Below are positions 58,939 through 64,000 of a stretch of 64,000 bases of DNA, piece after piece. Position numbers and translations under genes: made by a program. This stretch comes from a virus. Its lineage: Duplodnaviria; Caudoviricetes. Under the pieces are notes generated by a model, which was not told the origin of the DNA, did not search any database, and saw only the letters and a program-made list of their open reading frames with translations. The stretch's first letter is position 1. Each line of letters opens with the position of its first letter. The stretch spans positions 32,001-96,000 of IMG/VR virus record IMGVR_UViG_2595698451_000001. One strand, 5' to 3'.

Positions 58939-59316
58939 TTGTTACTTACATATGAAAGCAAGACAGGGAATGTCAGACGCTTTATTGGTAAGGTCGAGAA
59001 GGGGTACAGCATTAAAACAGAGGAAATCACTGAAGACCTTAAGGTACAGGAACCTTTTATCCATGTAACTTATACTACAGGGTTCGGACAGGTACCTGAC
59101 AAAACTCTAAAATTTATAGAAAACAACAAGAACAACTTCGTAGGCGTAGCCGTGAGCGGCAATCGAAACTGGGGAGATAGATACGGATTAGCCGGAGACA
59201 AACTCTCCGAACAGTTCAATGTCCCTCTACTACATAAATTCGAGATGAGCGGAACAGCTACAGACCTTGACAAGTTTATACAGGAGGTAAAGATCATTGG
59301 AAAACAATATTCCTAA
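58939..59316 (+). CDS. nrdI: NrdI flavodoxin
   Basis: YESKTGNVRRF, TYTTGFGQVP, SGNRNWG. Confidence 0.93.
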   Translation: MLLTYESKTGNVRRFIGKVEKGYSIKTEEITEDLKVQEPFIHVTYTTGFGQVPDKTLKFIENNKNNFVGVAVSGNRNWGDRYGLAGDKLSEQFNVPLLHKFEMSGTATDLDKFIQEVKIIGKQYS

Positions 59317-62003
59317 GTGGGTACGACTTAACAACGAGATCATGATTCAGAAGGACGGCAAGTTCCAGTTTGAAAAGGACAAAGAAGCCGTTCATAGCTA
59401 TTTTGTGGACTATGTGAATCAGAACACTGTGTTCTTCCACAACCTTAAAGAGAAGCTTGACTACTTGATCGAAAACGAGTATTACGAAGAGGAGTTTTTA
59501 TCTAAATACTCTTTCGAGGATATCAAAGAGGTTTTCAAGCTGGCTTACAGTAAGAAGTTCCGTTTCCCTTCATTCATGAGTGCATTTAAGTTTTATAATG
59601 ACTACGCACTTAAAACAAATGACAAGAAGAAGCTGCTTGAGCGTTATGAGGACCGCATCTCTATCGTAGCTCTATTCTTTGCTGATGGGGACACTGAGAA
59701 GGCTAAGCAATACGTTGAAATGATGATCCAGCAGGACTACCAACCAAGTACACCTACATTCCTTAACGCAGGCAGAAAAAGACGTGGAGAACTTGTCAGC
59801 TGCTTCCTGATGGAAGTCGGGGACTCCCTAAATGACATCTCTAAGGCTATTGATATGTCCATGCAGCTTTCTAAATTAGGCGGAGGAGTGTCATTAAACC
59901 TTTCTAAGCTCCGTGCTAAGGGGGAAGCTATTAAAGGTGTAGAAAACGCTACTAAGGGTGTCGTAGGGGTAATGAAGCTATTAGATAATGCTTTTAGATA
60001 TGCCGATCAAATGGGTTGAGTTGGCTCCTTTCGTCAGTAATGGCGATTGAAAAACCTCTTTAATTGCTGGGAACTCCTTATGGGACAATCAGCAGCGAAG
60101 CCTCGTTTGAGGAACGTTCAACGACTAGCCGAAAGGCGTAGGCTACAAGCGATTGGTAGTCGAAATGGGAGGCATCCTTCGGGATGAAGATATAGTCTAA
60201 TCTTCATGGTAACATGAAGCAGCCATATGGCGGGACGTGCGTAGCGAACACGTCTGAATAGTCTGCAAAGACAAGGATCAGGTGCGGCATACCTAAACAT
60301 ATTCCACAGAGATATAAGTGACTTTCTCGATTAATTGGTAGTCGCCTACGGTAGCAATACAGTAGTGAAAACTTTGTGAACGCAAGCAAAAGCGGTGTCC
60401 TTATTAAGGGCTAACGGGGGAACCTCAGCGAGTAGTGTCGGTGGCAATCCCGTGCCAAGCCGAGCACCAGAGGAGGTGTTTATATGAACGCTGTATATAG
60501 GATAATAAATAAAACAAATGGAAGGTTCTACACTAGTAGGGTTAATAATCCAAGATTTAAAAACTATTACAGGTGCTCGGAAGGTGTAGAGACTAATTAG
60601 TAAGCCAGAGATTAGCACTGGTTGAAGCGCAAAGCACCCTACAGGGGTGAAGATATAGTCCAACCCTCTTAGAAATAAGGGGATAGTTGACCAAGAAAAT
60701 CTCTGCGGACGAAGATGTACGTGTGAAGACCCTCTCTATCGGTGTAGTCATCCCTGATAAGTTCGTAGAGCTTGCACGAGAAGATAAGGACGTATTTGTG
60801 TTCTATCCACACACTGTCTATAAAGAGTACGGGCAGCACATGGATGAGATGGATATGAACGAAATGTACGACAAGTTGGTTGAGAACCCTAATGTCAAGA
60901 AAGAAGCTCTAAACGCTCGTAAACTTCTTGAGAAGATGGCAATGCTCAGATCAGAGTCAGGATACCCGTACATCATGTTCCAAGACAACGTAAACAAAGT
61001 ACACGCCAATAATAACATCTCAAAAGTCAAGTTTTCAAATCTATGTTCGGAAGTTCTCCAAGCATCTCAAGTTTCTAACTACACAGACTACGATGAAGAG
61101 GATGAAATTGGATTAGATATCTCTTGTAACTTAGGTTCTATTAACATCCTGAATGTAATGAATCATAAGACGATTAAAGAAACTGTTAAGCTGGCTACAG
61201 ACTCGCTAACTAGGGTTACTGATACTACACGTATTGTCAACGCTCCGGCAGTAAACCGAGGAAACCAGCTCATGAAGTCTATTGGTTTAGGTGCAATGAA
61301 CCTGCATGGGTACCTTGCTACTAATGGAATTGCTTACGAAAGCCCTACTGCCCGGGAGTTTGCTAACGTCTTTTTCGCTGCTGTAAACTTCTACTCCATA
61401 GAGCGTTCTAACGAGATCGCTGTAGAAACAGGAGAGACATACGAAGGATTTGAAGGCTCTACATACGCTTCTGGTGAGTATTTTGACAAATACATTAACA
61501 ACAGTTTCCTACCAGAGTCAGATAAGATTAAAGAGCTATTTGAGGGTATGGAACTTCCAACTAAAGAGGACTGGGCAGCCCTTAAAAAGAAAGTTATGAA
61601 GGGCGGCATGTATCATAGTTACAGACTATGTATCGCCCCTACAGGATCAATCTCTTATGTACAGTCTAGTACGGCTTCTGTCATGCCTATCATGGAGAGA
61701 ATTGAAGAGCGTACATACGGAAACAGCAAAACCTACTACCCTATGCCGGGACTGTCCTCTAATAACTGGTTCTTCTTTAAAGAAGCTTATGACATGGATA
61801 TGTTTAACGTAGTAGACATGATCGCTACAATTCAGCAGCATGTTGACCAAGGGATTAGCTTCACATTGTTCCTTAAGGACACAATGACAACTAGAGACTT
61901 AAACAGAATCGACTTGTATGCACATCACAAAGGTATTAAGACCTTGTATTATGCGAGAACAAAAGATACAACTCAAGAAGGATGCCTATCGTGTGTAGTT
62001 TAA
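59297..62003 (+). CDS. nrdE: Class Ib ribonucleotide reductase alpha subunit; join(59297..60016, 60266..60331, 60690..62003), 699 aa
   Basis: Spliced product reads RYADQMG|QRQGSGAAYLNIFHRDISDFLD|TKKISADEDVRVK; FSNLCSE; C-terminal CLSC. Confidence 0.95.
60017..60265 (+). mobile_element. Group I intron 1 in nrdE (249 nt, no ORF)
   Basis: Exon ends in U, intron ends in G; P1 GGGU/GCUC; AATTGCTGGGAA, AATCAGCAG, P7 GACTA/TAGTC. Confidence 0.92.
60332..60689 (+). mobile_element. Group I intron 2 in nrdE (358 nt)
   Basis: P1 CGAU/GUCG; AACGGGGGAA/AATCCCGTG; P7 GACTA/TAGTC; terminal G; removal restores frame. Confidence 0.92.
60484..60600 (+). pseudogene. Remnant GIY-YIG homing endonuclease in intron 2
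   Basis: GAGGAGGT RBS; MNAVYRIINKTNGRFYTS.. resembles the GIY-YIG N-terminus; 38 codons only. Confidence 0.7.
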
Positions 62004-62050
62004 AAGGTATCTCACTATGAAAAATCAATATGAAACTAAGGAGCGAATAT

Positions 62051-62131
62051 ATGGGTGACTTTAACGTAACACCGCAACAGTCAGCAAATGGATTTACGGT
62101 ACTCGAACTATTCTGCGGAGGAGGACTCTGA
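62051..62131 (+). pseudogene. N-terminal remnant of a C5 cytosine DNA methyltransferase
   Basis: MGDFNVTPQQSANGFTVLELFCGGGL*: motif I (FxGxG) then stop. Confidence 0.6.
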
Positions 62132-62307
62132 TGGAGCTTGATAGAGAACTTAGCGAGTTAGGTTATCGTATTCGCAGAGCCATACACCATGGAGAGTGTT
62201 TCTACGAGGAGAGCGAGCTACTAAGCTTTCTCTCCGAGCTTAAAAAATTGGAAGAACTAACAAAGAAACATTATGCAGAGAATCAGGAGGAACGTTTAGA
62301 TGACTGA
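62131..62307 (+). CDS. Small hypothetical protein (58 aa; not in ORF track)
   Basis: GGAGGAGG RBS; [27 protein letters not shown]..; overlaps nrdF start. Confidence 0.65.
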   Translation: MELDRELSELGYRIRRAIHHGECFYEESELLSFLSELKKLEELTKKHYAENQEERLDD

Positions 62308-63282
62308 AAAAATTTACACCGCTGCGGACTGGTCTAAACCAGACGATGACTTTACACAGATGTTTTACAACCAGAATGTCAAACAGTTCTGGCTCCCGGA
62401 AGAAATTGCCCTTAACGGTGACTTGCTTACTTGGAAGAATCTTAGTGTACAGGAACAAGATACTTATATGAAGGTTCTGGCTGGTCTTACATTACTAGAC
62501 ACGGAGCAGGGGAACACAGGGATTCCTACCATTGCTGAACATATAAACGGACACCAGCGAAAAGCTGTACTGAACTTCATGGCTATGATGGAAAACTCGG
62601 TGCATGCTAAATCGTACAGTAACATTTTCCTTACACTAGCACCTACTGAAAAGATTAATGAAGTATTCGAGTGGGTTAAGAACAACAAGTATCTTCAAAA
62701 GAAAGCGAAGATTATTGTATCTGTTTACGAGAGTATTGAAAAAGGTAACGATGCTTCACTATTTATGGCTCTAGTAGCGTCTGTGTTCCTTGAAAGTTTC
62801 TTGTTCTATAGTGGTTTCTACTACCCGCTATATTTCTACGGTCAAGGCAAGCTCATGCAGTCAGGAGAGATTATTAACTTAATCATCCGGGATGAAGCAA
62901 TTCATGGGTCTTATATTGGCTTACTTGCTCAAGAGATTTACAATAAGCAAGATGAAGAAACCCAAGGTGTCTTTAAAGCTAAGGCTATGGAGCTGCTCAG
63001 GGCTCTGTACGATATGAGATGGACTATACAGAGGATGTGTACAGTTCAGTAGGTCTGACAGCCGATGTTAAAAAGTTTGTCCGATATAACGGGAATAAGG
63101 CTCTTAACAACTTAGGCTGGGAAGGTACCTTTGAAGAGGAAGACGTTAACCCAATTGTTATTAATGGATTGAGCACAAAGACAAAATCCTTTGACTTCTT
63201 TTCGATGAAGGGGAATGGATACAAGAAGGCTACAGTAGAGCCACTACAAAACGAAGATTTCTATTTTGGGGAGAGAGACTAA
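62300..63282 (+). CDS. nrdF: Class Ib ribonucleotide reductase beta subunit; apparent frameshift near 63014
   Basis: [42 protein letters not shown]. Confidence 0.92.
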
Positions 63283-63518
63283 TGAGTAAACTTATTCTTT
63301 TGAAAAAGCACAATTGTACAGGGTGTGAGCTAGTAGACCTGTACTTGACAAATGAAGGGGCAGACTACCGCACGTATGACGTAGAAGAGGCGCCGGAAAT
63401 TGCAGCACAGTATGAGGTAATGTCTGTACCAGTCCTCATCAAGCTGGACGATGAGGGGAACGAGCAGGAGCGCATTGTAGGGTACGCCCCTAGTGCTATA
63501 AGTGAAATGATTGAGTAA
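63282..63518 (+). CDS. Thioredoxin/NrdH-like redoxin
   Basis: CTGC active site, VMSVPVL. Confidence 0.85.
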   Translation: MSKLILLKKHNCTGCELVDLYLTNEGADYRTYDVEEAPEIAAQYEVMSVPVLIKLDDEGNEQERIVGYAPSAISEMIE

Positions 63519-63522
63519 GCAA

Positions 63523-63557
63523 GGGAGCAGGACTTTATGTCTTGCTCTTTTTTTTTT
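63523..63557 (+). terminator. Intrinsic terminator
   Basis: GAGCAGGAC/GTCTTGCTC plus T10. Confidence 0.85.
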
Positions 63558-63620
63558 GTTGACAAACTTTGGTACAGTACGGTAGACTGTAACTATCTTA
63601 TAAAATACAGGAGGTTACTC

Positions 63621-63815
63621 ATGGCGTATAATGACATGAACGGAAAACTGACTGACCCTAAAGTCAGCGACTACATCAGACTGCTTCAAGACCATATGGA
63701 GGTTTACGGAGACACCCGTGTCAGAGCTTACTTTGAGGACGAGTTAGTACACCCTGAAGTTCAAGCAGAACACTATAAGAACGTCTTAGTGCTTAATTTT
63801 AAGGAGGAAGAATAA
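63621..63815 (+). CDS. Hypothetical protein (64 aa)
   Basis: AGGAGG RBS before ATG 63621; TTGACA promoter at 63559. Confidence 0.75.
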   Translation: MAYNDMNGKLTDPKVSDYIRLLQDHMEVYGDTRVRAYFEDELVHPEVQAEHYKNVLVLNFKEEE

Positions 63816-63879
63816 TACAGGTCAAATGAGGTTTGCGCTGCAAGGACGGGCATACATTCTTTAAGGAGGTTACACACTA

Positions 63880-64000
63880 GTGGGAACACAATTAAACACG
63901 GAAGAAATTTTCAAAAGTAAAGGTTTGATGTTAATTATTACGGGGGCAACAGCTTTAGTTGAAGAAGAGGGAATGACACCCCGAGAAGCCTTAGAACAAC
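63880..64000 (+). CDS. Hypothetical protein, partial
   Basis: AAGGAGGT RBS, GTG start, open to window end. Confidence 0.65.
   Translation, partial: MGTQLNTEEIFKSKGLMLIITGATALVEEEGMTPREALEQ

Noticed and set aside
10751-63282. Split genes (near 11068, 12376, 19483/19516, 35832, 37655, 38886, 57013, 63014) as programmed frameshifts or pseudogenes
   Set aside because: Each is repaired by adding or removing one base at a short run, and most hit essential conserved genes; this pattern points to homopolymer sequencing errors. Read inspection would settle it.
7162-63565. Numerous minus-strand and alternate-frame ORFs inside large genes (e.g. 20467-21123, 29981-30754, 42542-43135)
   Set aside because: Shadows of codon bias in the + strand genes; no RBS or recognisable motifs

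Overview
A 64-kb segment of a large lytic Bacillus myovirus (Herelleviridae, Bastillevirinae-like, judged from gene order and protein families). Nearly all genes lie on the + strand. Order: end of a leftward early unit (XRE regulator); AT-rich repeat region; a ~2.7-kb tRNA/non-coding RNA island (tRNA-Ser, -Asn, -Asp, -Tyr, degenerate tRNAs and several unexplained structured RNAs); head module; neck, sheath, tube; a 3D-domain (YocH-like) gene; tail chaperones; tape measure/lysin; baseplate and fibre genes; replication module (intein-containing SF2 helicase, HTH protein, DnaB-like helicase, SbcD/SbcC, primase, dUTPase, resolvase); nrdI-nrdE-nrdF-thioredoxin, with nrdE split by two group I introns around a 66-nt exon. 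About eight conserved genes are split by single-base indels in short base runs, most likely sequencing errors. The most notable unexplained signals are in the RNA island: a ~650-830 nt ornate ncRNA (ROOL/GOLLD-like) with an embedded tRNA-like module, long hairpins displaying anti-Shine-Dalgarno (CCUCCU) loops (one also in the capsid leader), a twin-hairpin small RNA and a pseudoknotted inter-tRNA RNA. Two distant iteron-like AT-rich loci and WalR boxes upstream of the yocH-like gene also stand out. All calls are by eye; no searches were run.
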